Assembly: GCA_963737905.1 (NCBI GenBank)
Contig: CAVTUQ010000005.1
Span: forward strand, 32,001 to 96,000
DNA length: 64,000 nucleotides
Origin: an uncultured delta proteobacterium
GTDB lineage: Bacteria > Desulfobacterota > Binatia > UBA9968
Direction: 5' to 3'
The notes beneath the pieces are model-generated. The model saw nothing but the letters and a program-made list of their open reading frames with translations, made no database searches and was not told the DNA's origin. Every line of letters starts with the position of its first letter. Position 1 is the first letter of the stretch. The translations under genes were made by a program, and so were the position numbers. This document shows, in pieces, positions 9,792-21,357 of the stretch.

Positions 9792-10994
9792 CTAAGCGTT
9801 CGCAGCTTTTTGTGTGCCGCCATTTTCCCAGCTTTGACGAGCAATCTTCAAAGCGCTGGGCTGAGGAAGATTCTTTAGGCCAAAGAAACCTGTGGCGTTT
9901 CGGTTAAGCAGTTTTTCCTTTTGCGCAAAAGAGAGATCCTTCCCATCGATGATATCTTTAACGGAGTAAGGGAAATGGCAATCCCAGTGGCAATAGTCCG
10001 AAGCATAGAGGACCGTATCCTCACCGTTGGCTGCAAATACGCGATCGAGGCCAGTCTCCTCGGATTCGCAGGTCAGGACGATTTGCTCGCTCTTGATGAT
10101 CTCGCTCGGCCGACGCTTCAATTCCGGCATTTGCGGCGCCAGTTTCTCAATATGCTCATCGAACCGCTCCGCCCAGAAGGGGAGCCAGCCGGCGCCCCCT
10201 TCCATGAAACCGACTCTGAGTTTCGGATAGCGGTCGAAGACCCCTTCGCCGATCATGTGCATCATGGCGATCATCAACTCAAAGGGGAAGGCGGTCATAT
10301 GCACGTAAACATATTTGAAGAAGCGTTCGCTGCCGGCACCCATGACACCGGAAATCCCGGGGACGCCATCATGGCCGGTTTGCGGATGAACGCTCAATGT
10401 CATGCCCAGGGATTGCGCGCAATCGTAGATCGGGTCGAACATGGCGTCGCCCATATTGCGGCCATAGACATTGGTCGGAAGCATCGCCGTAACCGCTCCG
10501 GCCTTGGCAAGAAATTCAAGCTCCTTCACGGCTGCCTGGGGAGCCTGGCAAGGAATCAAGCCGACGGCCAGCAGTCGCTTGGGATCGGCGGAGCAATATT
10601 CCACCAGCCACTCGTTGACCGCATGACAGAGCACCGTCGCAAGCTCATTGCTCATCAAACCATTGACGGTGAGGGCGATCTGGGTGCCGAAGAGAATTGC
10701 CACGTCGATGCCTTCTTGGTCCATGTCCTTGAGCCGTGCGACAGGGTCTACCATGCCGGGGCGATAGCCCCGGGCCTTTTCAGTCATGGGTCCACTGACA
10801 CCCGGCCCGGGCCCCTGGGAGGCCGACCAGAGGCGTCCTTCCAGCAGGATACGCGAATTCCCCTCGTTGTCCTTTAAACGCACCGGTGCCTGCGAACGCC
10901 ACTTCTCAGGCATCCGGCTTGTCAGATCGACATTGCCTTCATACACATGGCCATCGGCATCGATGACGAGTACATTATCGAAATTTTCCATCAC
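9792..10994 (-). CDS. Amidohydrolase-2 family protein
   Basis: VIDADGHV, RLKDMDQEGID, VHP, EGGAGW, ASDYCHWD, and KLLNRNA. Confidence 0.88.
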   Translation of the reverse strand: MMENFDNVLVIDADGHVYEGNVDLTSRMPEKWRSQAPVRLKDNEGNSRILLEGRLWSASQGPGPGVSGPMTEKARGYRPGMVDPVARLKDMDQEGIDVAILFGTQIALTVNGLMSNELATVLCHAVNEWLVEYCSADPKRLLAVGLIPCQAPQAAVKELEFLAKAGAVTAMLPTNVYGRNMGDAMFDPIYDCAQSLGMTLSVHPQTGHDGVPGISGVMGAGSERFFKYVYVHMTAFPFELMIAMMHMIGEGVFDRYPKLRVGFMEGGAGWLPFWAERFDEHIEKLAPQMPELKRRPSEIIKSEQIVLTCESEETGLDRVFAANGEDTVLYASDYCHWDCHFPYSVKDIIDGKDLSFAQKEKLLNRNATGFFGLKNLPQPSALKIARQSWENGGTQKAANA

Positions 10995-11218
10995 GCGGTC
11001 CTCCTATGCAGTCTCTGCATTTTGGTCGGAGTATAGGCTATCGCTAAAGCTAGTTTCAACCGGAGTTTCGATAAAACTGCCTGCGGCGCGAAGAGGGGGA
11101 AACGGAGCCCCTTTGCCAACGGCTGGTGATGAACTCACGCAATTCAAGTTATCTAAAATCACTGTGCAGGCTGTTGCCGTTGACCCTCAGGCGCTGATCC
11201 GATATTCAAGCTAGAGAA

Positions 11219-12430
11219 ATGCAGAATGCTCTAAAAGATTGTCTCGATGGAAAAACGCTGATCCGGAATGAAGCATTAGCGCTGGCGGATGCTGAAGGCG
11301 ATGAGTTTGAATCCTTGCTGGCAGCTGCAGCCGCATTGCGAGACCGCTACAAAGGGAAAATCGTTACCTTTTCACCGAAAGTTTTTGTCCCGCTGACGAA
11401 TCTCTGCCGCGACTTTTGCGGCTACTGCACTTTCCGTAAGGCGCCGGATGAGCCCGGCGCGAAAACCATGACCATCGAGGAAGTGCTTCGAGTGGTACGT
11501 CAGGGAAAGGTTCTGGGTTGCACTGAAGTGCTTTTCAGCCTCGGCGACAAGCCGGAGGCGATCTATCCGGAGATGAAGGCTTTCCTGGCAAGGGAGGGAT
11601 ACCAGCGTACCTTGGGTTATCTTTATGAAGCTTGCCGGACCGTGTTGGAGGAAACCGAGCTTTTGCCTCATTCCAACCCCGGTGTGATGGGCAGAGCGGA
11701 TCTCCGGCGATTAAAAGAGGTCAACGTCAGCATGGGACTCATGCTGGAAGATGTCAGCGACCGGCTCATGTTGGTGGGCGGGCCTCACTTCAATGCGCCG
11801 GACAAAAGGCCCGCAGTACGACTTCGTACTATGGAAGAAGCCGGCAAGCTCCGCATTCCCTTCACGACAGGTATTCTCATCGGGATCGGTGAAACATGGG
11901 AGGAAAGAATCGATTCTCTATTTGCTATCCGGGACTTAAATCAACGCTACGGTCACATCCAAGAAGTCATCGTGCAGAACTTTCGCGCCAAGCCGGACAT
12001 TCCCATGCGCGATCATCCTAACGCCAGTTACAATGACATGCTGAAAACCATTGCGATTGCGCGGCTGGTCTTCGGCGGCGATATGAACATTCAGGCTCCG
12101 CCAAACCTGACTCCGGAAAAATATGAACTTTATCTGAACGCGGGAATCAATGACTGGGGTGGCGTTTCTCCCCTGACGCCCGATTTCATTAACCCGGAGG
12201 CGCCGTGGCCTGCATTGGAAACACTAAGGCAAAAAAGTGCCGAGGCGGGTTTCGAGCTCAAGGCACGTCTGCCGATTTATCCAGAGTTCATCGCGCAAGC
12301 TCAAAAATTTCTTCCTGCGTCGCTGCTTGGCTACGTGGAACGGGTGACTGATGCCGATGGATTAGTAAAGGGCGGCGGTCCACTCGATTGCTTGAGACCG
12401 CTCCATCGTTCCGATTCTCAAGCACTATAA
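11219..12430 (+). CDS. cofG: 7,8-didemethyl-8-hydroxy-5-deazariboflavin (FO) synthase subunit CofG, radical SAM
   Basis: TFSPKVFVPLTNLCRDFCGYC (CxxxCxxC), LPHSNPG, FTTGILIGIGE, IQAPPNL, and GINDWGGVSPLTPD. Confidence 0.92.
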   Translation: MQNALKDCLDGKTLIRNEALALADAEGDEFESLLAAAAALRDRYKGKIVTFSPKVFVPLTNLCRDFCGYCTFRKAPDEPGAKTMTIEEVLRVVRQGKVLGCTEVLFSLGDKPEAIYPEMKAFLAREGYQRTLGYLYEACRTVLEETELLPHSNPGVMGRADLRRLKEVNVSMGLMLEDVSDRLMLVGGPHFNAPDKRPAVRLRTMEEAGKLRIPFTTGILIGIGETWEERIDSLFAIRDLNQRYGHIQEVIVQNFRAKPDIPMRDHPNASYNDMLKTIAIARLVFGGDMNIQAPPNLTPEKYELYLNAGINDWGGVSPLTPDFINPEAPWPALETLRQKSAEAGFELKARLPIYPEFIAQAQKFLPASLLGYVERVTDADGLVKGGGPLDCLRPLHRSDSQAL

Positions 12431-12439
12431 GAGTTCTTC

Positions 12440-13366
12440 ATGTTAGTCGTTCTTACCGGGGGTACGGGCGGTGCTAAGCTCATCGAGGGCCTCAGTTACG
12501 AAATTGATCCTGCTCAGTTAACCATCATTTGTAATACCGCCGATGATTTCATCTTGCATGGGCTCAATATTTCACCGGACCTCGACACGATCATGTATAC
12601 CCTCGCCGGTCTGAGTGACGGCGAAAAGGGATGGGGCATCCAAAACGACACCTTTACGGTTTTGGCGCAGTTGGAAAAATTCGGTGGTGAGGCGTGGTTC
12701 AAGCTCGGCGACAAGGATATCGCCACCCATATCACGCGAACGCGACTCTTGCGCGCCGGTCTTAAATTATCCGATGTCACAGCTAGACTTGCGAACGATC
12801 TCGGCATCAAAGCCAGGCTTCTTCCCATGTCAAATGACGCCATCGAGACGAGAGTTGAAACTCCAGATGGTGAAATTTCTTTCCAGGAATATTTCGTCAA
12901 ACAACGCTGGCAACCGGAGGTCAAAAAAATCTTCTATGCCGGTGTGGAAAGCAGCCGTGCAGCGCCGGGTGTGCTGGAGACTATTCGCGGCGCCGCGGCT
13001 ATTATCATTTGCCCGAGTAATCCGATAACCAGTATCGGTCCTATCCTGGCAGTTCCTGGAGTTAGAGACGCGCTCAACGAAGTAACCGTTCCTGTCGTCG
13101 GGGTGAGCCCGATCATGGGCGAAACGGCGATTAGCGGCCCCGCGCACAAGCTCATGGCGGCACACGGTGTGGAGCCGTCAGCGCTTGGCGCGGCCAAGAG
13201 TTATTCCGATTTCCTCGATCGGTTTGTGGTCGATCGGGAGGACGAAAACTTGCGGGGCAAACTCGAAACATTGGGAATTAAAGTCGCGGCCACTTCGATT
13301 CGCATGAATTCCCTTGCCGATAAGAAGAGGCTGGCGCGCCAGGTCTTGGCCTTGATCGAAAAATAG
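12440..13366 (+). CDS. cofD: 2-phospho-L-lactate transferase CofD/FbiA
   Basis: LTGGTGGAK, NTADD, ISPDLDT, WFKLGDKD, FQEYFV, and PSNPITSIGPILA. Confidence 0.93.
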   Translation: MLVVLTGGTGGAKLIEGLSYEIDPAQLTIICNTADDFILHGLNISPDLDTIMYTLAGLSDGEKGWGIQNDTFTVLAQLEKFGGEAWFKLGDKDIATHITRTRLLRAGLKLSDVTARLANDLGIKARLLPMSNDAIETRVETPDGEISFQEYFVKQRWQPEVKKIFYAGVESSRAAPGVLETIRGAAAIIICPSNPITSIGPILAVPGVRDALNEVTVPVVGVSPIMGETAISGPAHKLMAAHGVEPSALGAAKSYSDFLDRFVVDREDENLRGKLETLGIKVAATSIRMNSLADKKRLARQVLALIEK

Positions 13367-13393
13367 TGTTAGAAAAATCTTTCTGACCGAACC

Positions 13394-14083
13394 ATGAAAG
13401 TATCTGCACTCATCCCGGTAAAAGGTTTCAGCAATGCCAAGCAGCGGCTGAGCCCACTACTGGATGGCAGCGACCGGGAGCTATTCGCGGAAGTCATGTT
13501 CCGCGATGTTCTGAACCAAGTCCTAAAGGCCCAAGGTCTTGCCGAAACTCTTGTAGTGACCGGGGATGACAAGGTGGCCGATATCGCCACGAGTCTTGGC
13601 GCCCAAGTGATCCGTGAAAAGGTGGAAAGAGGCGAGACAGACGCCGTTGATTTCGCGCGCCTCGAGCTAAAGCAGTTAGGTCGTGAGGCAGTTTTGATCA
13701 TTCCCGGCGATTTGCCCCTGGTTCGTAGCGCTGACATCGAAGAAGTTTTGGCGCAAGCTCCTGAAAGAGCTTCATTCCCGTTTGCTCTGCTGGTTCCGTC
13801 TCACGACCGCATGGGGACGAACGCTTTGCTCTTGGTTCCACCGGATATTATCAAGCTTCGCTTTGGATACGACAGCTTTAGCTATCATCTGAGCCAGGTT
13901 TCAGCTCGGGGATTGCCGGTGCGATTCATTGAAAATGAGCACATTGCGCTGGATATCGATGAACCGAAGGATCTTCAGCGGTTTCTTTCATTTGGTTTTG
14001 AAGACGGCGAGTCGACGCGCACGGCGCGGGCGATGTTGGCGGCTCAGGTCGCGGAGAAATTTCGCAGTTTTGGAGGCCTATGA
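13394..14083 (+). CDS. cofC: 2-phospho-L-lactate/PEP guanylyltransferase CofC/FbiD
   Basis: LIPVKGFSNAKQRLS, PGDLP, GTNALL, and LDIDEPKDL. Confidence 0.9.
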   Translation: MKVSALIPVKGFSNAKQRLSPLLDGSDRELFAEVMFRDVLNQVLKAQGLAETLVVTGDDKVADIATSLGAQVIREKVERGETDAVDFARLELKQLGREAVLIIPGDLPLVRSADIEEVLAQAPERASFPFALLVPSHDRMGTNALLLVPPDIIKLRFGYDSFSYHLSQVSARGLPVRFIENEHIALDIDEPKDLQRFLSFGFEDGESTRTARAMLAAQVAEKFRSFGGL

Positions 14084-14837
14084 GGCGGCTGGAGTTGATG
14101 GGTCTCGAGGGCATTGGCGAAATTAGCAGAGGCGACTGCGTCGGCGCGTTGATCTGCGATGCCTGCTCTCGCCAAAAGGTTGCGCTGCTGGATGATGATG
14201 TCCTGGTTATCGCCCAGAAGATTGTGTCCAAGGCGGAGGGACGAATCAATTTGTTTGGATGACGTGAAACCCTCCGCGCGCGCCATAGAATTGGCCGAGC
14301 CAGCTCGATAAAGAGCCGGCGCTTGTTGAAGTTATTCTGCGCGAAAGCCGTGAAATCGTCAGAATGGGCGGACGGGCGCTCATCGTGGAAACTCATCACG
14401 GATTTATCTGCGCCAACGCCGGAGTGGATCAGTCCAACGTGGGCCTAAGACAAGTAGCCCTGTTGCCAAAAGACCCTGACGGCTCTGCGCAGGAGATTCG
14501 GAACGAAATTCAACGGCGGACCGGACAGAAACCTGCCGTCATTGTCAGCGATAGTTTCGGCCGTCCATGGCGAGTCGGCACCGTGGATGTCGCCGTGGGC
14601 GTGTCCGGGTTGAAATCCGTCAAAGACGAAAGAGGATTGAGTGACCGCTACGGATATCAGCTCAAGGCCGCCGTTGCCGCCGTTGCCGACGAAATTGCCG
14701 CAGCGGCGGAATTGGTCATGGGAAAGCGAAATGGCGTTCCCGTCGTCATTGTTCGCGGCTGTGAGATCGACAAGGAGGATGGATCGGTGAGGGAGCTTCT
14801 CCGCCCCGAGGCGGAAGACCTTTTTCGCCATTTCTAA
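14080..14837 (+). CDS. cofE: Coenzyme F420-0:L-glutamate ligase CofE (frameshifted near 14250-14300)
   Basis: ORF 14080 has QKIVSKAEGR; ORF 14364 has ICANAGVDQSN, SDSFGRPWR, and DEIAAAAELVMGK. The bridging sequence (LDDVKPSARA, DKEPALVEVILRES) lies in other frames. Confidence 0.87.
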
Positions 14838-14842
14838 AGTTT

Positions 14843-15496
14843 ATGGAGAATTCGTTTACGATAGCTATTGTGGGTGGAACGGGGAACCTGGGCGGGGCAT
14901 TGGCCCTCCGTCTGGGCGCGCCAGGTGTCAAAATTATCATCGGATCGCGCGATGCGGAGAAGGCCAAAAAAGCGGTTGAAACTCTCAAGCCAAATTTGCC
15001 CGCAGGAGAGATCGAAGGAACGACAAATCAAGCGGCCGTCAAGAGCGCCGACTTCGTCGTCATCGCAGTGCCTTACGAAGGACATGCTCAGATGGTCACC
15101 GACCTCAAAGGGCAGCTTATCGGGAAGATTGTCATCGATGCCGTCGTTCCCCTCAACAAAGGCAAGCCCTTTGTGCCGCCGGCGGGATCCGCCTTACAGG
15201 AAGCACAGCAAATTTTGGCTGAAGAGGCCCCGGTAGTCGGTGCGCTCCATAATATTTCAGCCGTCGACATGGGGGACGTCAATGCCCCTTTGGGAGACGT
15301 GCTGGTTTGCGGTGACAACGCAGACGCCAAAGAAAAAGTAATGCAAATCATTCAGCGAATCGGCGCGCGGCCTTTCGATGGAGGTCCGGCTGGAAATGCT
15401 TACGTCATTGAAGGACTCACGGGTGTAATCATCTATCTCAACCGTAAGTACAAATCCAAACACGGCAGTATCAAAATCGTCGGAATCGGCGACTGA
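14843..15496 (+). CDS. npdG: NADPH-dependent F420 reductase (F420H2:NADP+ oxidoreductase, Fno/NpdG)
   Basis: GGTGNLG, IIGSR, AVPY, IDAVVPL, GSA, HNISA, DVLVCGD, and LNRKYK. Last gene of the cof operon. Confidence 0.9.
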   Translation: MENSFTIAIVGGTGNLGGALALRLGAPGVKIIIGSRDAEKAKKAVETLKPNLPAGEIEGTTNQAAVKSADFVVIAVPYEGHAQMVTDLKGQLIGKIVIDAVVPLNKGKPFVPPAGSALQEAQQILAEEAPVVGALHNISAVDMGDVNAPLGDVLVCGDNADAKEKVMQIIQRIGARPFDGGPAGNAYVIEGLTGVIIYLNRKYKSKHGSIKIVGIGD

Positions 15497-15693
15497 GTAG
15501 CGCCAGCTTCTTCAGCCACCACCCGTAGAACTCTGGCTTCTCGGCGAGGTTAACTTACTGTTTTTACAAACGTTATTCAACAAACCTTCTTTTCATCTGC
15601 ATTCGTTAACTTTTCGACTTCGCGAGCGTCTAAACGATTGTCGGGATACCTCGAAATCCATCCCGAGGCAGGTTCGGTGACCACGGATTTTAA

Positions 15694-16275
15694 ATGAACC
15701 AGACTGCTCAACAGGAGTTTCGGGATGAAGAGATTGTGGCGCTGTGTCAGCAGGGACAGAGCGAAGTCTTCGAGGTTCTCGTGCGGAAGTATATGGAGAA
15801 GGCATTCCGGATCGCTTTCGATTTCACGCATGACACTGAAGAGGCCAAGGATCTCTCTCAGGAGGCCTTTTTGCGGGCCTTCTCGCGGATTAAACAATTT
15901 GACGGCAGATCTAGTTTTTATACCTGGTTCTACCGCTTGGTCGTAAACCTGTGCCTGGACCATACGCGCCGTAAAGGACGGGTAATTTGGGAAAGGCTTG
16001 AAAGGGAAACGGAAGGTAGCACGGAGACTGTCGAAATAGCCGATGGCTCTTCATTGCCGGATGAGGAGGCGATTGCCGGGGAAGCGAAACGTAAGGCTGA
16101 TCTCACTTTGGAGGCGATGCCCAACAAACAACGCACGGCCTTCTTGTTGCGTAATCATCAAGGGTTATCAATTCCGGATATTGCCAAGGTGATGAAAACC
16201 ACGGAAGGAACAGTTCGGGTTTATCTCCATCGTGCCGTGGCGGCACTGAGACAGAGTCTGGTGGAATTTGTTTAG
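15694..16275 (+). CDS. ECF RNA polymerase sigma factor
   Basis: Region 2 (AKDLSQEAFLRA, FYTWFYRLVVNLCLD) and region 4 (QRTAFLLR...GLSIPDIA...EGTVRVYLHRA). Confidence 0.92.
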   Translation: MNQTAQQEFRDEEIVALCQQGQSEVFEVLVRKYMEKAFRIAFDFTHDTEEAKDLSQEAFLRAFSRIKQFDGRSSFYTWFYRLVVNLCLDHTRRKGRVIWERLERETEGSTETVEIADGSSLPDEEAIAGEAKRKADLTLEAMPNKQRTAFLLRNHQGLSIPDIAKVMKTTEGTVRVYLHRAVAALRQSLVEFV

Positions 16276-16280
16276 GGAGA

Positions 16281-16820
16281 ATGGTTATGACGGAACCTAC
16301 CGATACATTGCGAGTCGCCTGCAAGGATTTTGAAGAAGATTTAGTGCTCTATTACTACGGCGACGATTCCGAGGCCGAACGCAGGCGGGTTGAAGACCAT
16401 TTGCAGAGTTGCTCTTCTTGTCATGAATTTCTCGACGACCTGCGGAAGTTACTTCCCCAGATGGCGAAGCCCAGCGAACTGCCTCAAACGTTCTGGGATA
16501 GTTACTATCGGGAAACCATAGAAAAGCTCGCCGCGTTGGAAGAGCGCAAATATTGGTGGCGAAATCTCTTTGCGCCGATGCGTAGGTGGATGTTGCCGGC
16601 TTTTGGAACCGCCGCGGTTGCCGTGTTGGCGATTGCTCTGGTCGTCAGCAAGGGTAATTGGCATTTCCCACTGAGCCAACCTGCGGAAAAGATTCCCCAA
16701 GAGGTTTTAGCGGACACCAATCAGCTTGAGTTCTTCAAATCCATGGACATGTTGGAGTCTCTCGGTAAGCTTGAAGCGCTGGACGGAACAAAGTTGGAAG
16801 CGGGAAGCAGCCACAGCTAG
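16281..16820 (+). CDS. Membrane-anchored zinc-finger (zf-HC2/ZAS) anti-sigma factor
   Basis: HLQSCSSC (HxxxCxxC), one TM helix, and adjacent to the ECF sigma. Confidence 0.85.
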   Translation: MVMTEPTDTLRVACKDFEEDLVLYYYGDDSEAERRRVEDHLQSCSSCHEFLDDLRKLLPQMAKPSELPQTFWDSYYRETIEKLAALEERKYWWRNLFAPMRRWMLPAFGTAAVAVLAIALVVSKGNWHFPLSQPAEKIPQEVLADTNQLEFFKSMDMLESLGKLEALDGTKLEAGSSHS

Positions 16821-16833
16821 GGCGATCGAAGTG

Positions 16834-17103
16834 ATGAAGCGAACTATAGGATCTCTTAGTCTTTGCTTAGTTTTGCTGCTGCCAGGGTTTGCCTGGGCAA
16901 GAGATGGCGGCGACAATTGGCGCCGTCTCAGTCCTAAAGAAAAAGAGAGCGTCCAGCGCAACTATCAACGCTGGCAAAATATGCCGCCGCAAGACAAAGA
17001 ACACCTCCGCGAAGAGTGGAATCGCTTTAAGAGTCTGCCGCCGGATCAACGCGACAATCTGCGTCGCCGCTACGATGAGCTGCGCCAGCGGCCGGGGCGA
17101 TAA
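16834..17103 (+). CDS. Exported DUF3106-like protein
   Basis: Signal peptide MKRTIGSLSLCLVLLLPGFAWA, then repeats WRRLSPKEK / WQNMPPQDK / FKSLPPDQR. Confidence 0.75.
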   Translation: MKRTIGSLSLCLVLLLPGFAWARDGGDNWRRLSPKEKESVQRNYQRWQNMPPQDKEHLREEWNRFKSLPPDQRDNLRRRYDELRQRPGR

Positions 17104-17320
17104 GATAAACGGTAGAACTCTCTCCGTTCTTTTTCGTGTATTCTTTTTCGTCTTCCAAAGTTTGAATTCCAGTTCCGGGTCAATTCCCCGCGGCTTGCTG
17201 GGTAGAAGCTCACTCACCGAAGTCCGTCATTCCCGCATGCTTATAGCCGAAGAGGTTGGCATTCTATTTTTTGCCGCGATATAGCTGAAGTGCTTTTCGG
17301 AGAAAGATAGGAGACGCATT

Positions 17321-17909
17321 ATGACCACCACGAAACGCCTTCCGGCATTTGAAAAATTTATTCAAGATGTACGAGCGGCTTGGGCGGAGTTGCCTGATAC
17401 AGAGAAACGCATGAAAAGGGTAAAAGTCTTACTCGAAGGACTCGTGAATGATTCGACGATGAAGGAGCATTCTGAGCATTGGCCATCCACCGAGGGACAT
17501 AAAAACTTGTTGTTGTATGAAGATCCCGACTATCAGTTTGTGGTTAACGCCGTTGTGCGCACCCCGGGGCGCGACGGCAGAATCCATGATCACGCGCACG
17601 CGTGGACAGCCTACGGCGTACTCGACGGTACGGAACGGCTCGAACGTTACCGGCGCGTCGACGAAGGGAAAAAAGAAGGATACGCGCTGATCGAATTGGA
17701 AAGCCTGAACGAGGGCTATCCCGGCAAGGTTGATCTCGTGCCGCCCTTTGCGATCCATTCCGAAAAAGGCGGGCCTACAAGATCGGTTGGAGTTGATAGT
17801 TCGCTCCGAGCGGCTCGTTGGCAGGACCCTTCAGGGCCGTTATGACGCGAAAACCGACGAGTACAATCAAAGCCAAGGGCCGACTCAGGTGCCCTTCGAA
17901 GTGGCGTGA
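17321..17909 (+). CDS. Cupin-fold protein, cysteine dioxygenase-like (frameshift near 17790)
   Basis: IHDHAHAW...GVLDGTE and AIHSE metal-binding pattern. The alternative frame continues IVRSERLVGRTLQGRY...PFEVA* to 17909. Confidence 0.65.
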
Positions 17910-17927
17910 AGTGAGTTGGAGGACACC

Positions 17928-18726
17928 ATGGAAATTTTCGACATCCATCACCATCTGGGTTCTCTGACTGGAGGTAGCCTGCAGGAAGAAGCGGGGTGGC
18001 AGGACCGGGACTACGGTAATCGTGTTCGGATCATGCAGGCGAATGGCGTGACGATGTCGGCAATCCTCGCGGCAACGGGGTACATCCAGGCGGACGGAAT
18101 CAAGGACACGATGCGTTCCAACGATACGGTCGCCGCTTATCGAAAGCGAGATCCCAAACGCTTTCCGGTGGCCTGCGGGACGGTCGAGCCGCTTCACGGC
18201 GCGCGCTCATTAGGCGAGCTGGAACGCATGAACCATGAGCTCCATCTAGAGGGAGTGGTGTGGCACAACCGCTTCCAGGGCGTTGCCATCGACCATCAGC
18301 TTATGCGGCCACTGCTGAAAAAGGTAAGCGAGTTAGGACTCGTGCCCATCGTTCACACAAACGCGGAGTCGAACATGGAAGCGGTATGGCGCTTGGAGCG
18401 CCTGGCGCTGGAATTCCCGGAGCTCACCTTGGTGTCACTGGATGCCTTAACCACCAATGTAAATAGCCAGCTCGTCCTGGACATCGCGAAGCGGACGCCG
18501 AATATCCTCTTTGACACAGCGCACGTTCGCAGCTCAGGCTTACGTCCGGCAATTCGTCGAGACCGTGGGATCTCACCGTTTATTGTTCGGCAGCCTTTTC
18601 TATTCTCATCCCGCAAGTTATGAGCATTCTTCGACACTCGCGGAAGTCAAAGCAGCCAAAATAAGCGACGAGGATATGCAAAATATCCTCTGGCGAAATG
18701 CCAAGAAGCTTTTCAAGCTGGAATAG
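17928..18726 (+). CDS. Amidohydrolase family protein (frameshift near 18535)
   Basis: FDIHHH, WHN, VHT. The C-terminus in the second frame reads VGSHRLLFGS...NILWRNAKKLFKL. Confidence 0.75.
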
Positions 18727-18748
18727 TTTGAGCTGGAAAGTGATTTGG

Positions 18749-18769
18749 TGGCGCCCGAGGAGGGACTTG
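18749..18769 (-). repeat. Degenerate copy of the tRNA-Leu 3' end (att-like site)
   Basis: tggcgcccgaggagggacttg matches tRNA 22445-22465 tggtgccggaggagggacttg at 19/21 positions, in the same orientation. Confidence 0.75.
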
Positions 18770-18877
18770 GTAGTTGCGGAAGCCATCCGCTCTATCAGGG
18801 CAGCCTTCTTTTAGGCCAGACCGGCGCCTCTTATCACAATGTGCTCGTAGCCTGGTGACTTGGCACCACCCCGTCAA

Positions 18878-18922
18878 CAGCAAAGCGCGGGCGAACCGCA
18901 GAGGGTAGCCCGCGCTTTGCTG
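18878..18922 (-). terminator. Strong hairpin downstream of katG
   Basis: Perfect 15-bp inverted repeat cagcaaagcgcgggc ... gcccgcgctttgctg, about 20 nt after the katG stop. The U-tract is weak. Confidence 0.55.
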
Positions 18923-18942
18923 CAATAGTATTGGTAACGAAC

Positions 18943-21207
<2,265 letters not shown>

Positions 21208-21280
21208 TCAACTAATGGCAGATGACAAGTACTATCTTATCGCTGATTACTGCATGGGGAATCTAACACCTGCGAACACG

Positions 21281-21337
21281 GTTTACCAATACATTCTTTA
21301 AATCTTACAGTGTTTACCAATACATTCTTTAAATCTT
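21281..21337. repeat. Perfect 26-bp direct repeat (period 31) in the katG-oxyR intergenic region
   Basis: gtttaccaatacattctttaaatctt at 21281-21306 and 21312-21337. Confidence 0.9.
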
Positions 21338-21341
21338 TATG

Positions 21342-21356
21342 ATAGGATCTGACTAT
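21342..21356. promoter_or_regulatory. OxyR-type binding site ATAG-N7-CTAT
   Basis: atag-gatctga-ctat immediately before the oxyR GTG, in the divergent promoter region. Confidence 0.7.
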
Positions 21357-21357
21357 C

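Noticed and set aside
21281-21337. 26-bp direct repeat as a mini CRISPR array
   Set aside because: Only two copies with a 5-nt spacer, and no cas genes or leader.
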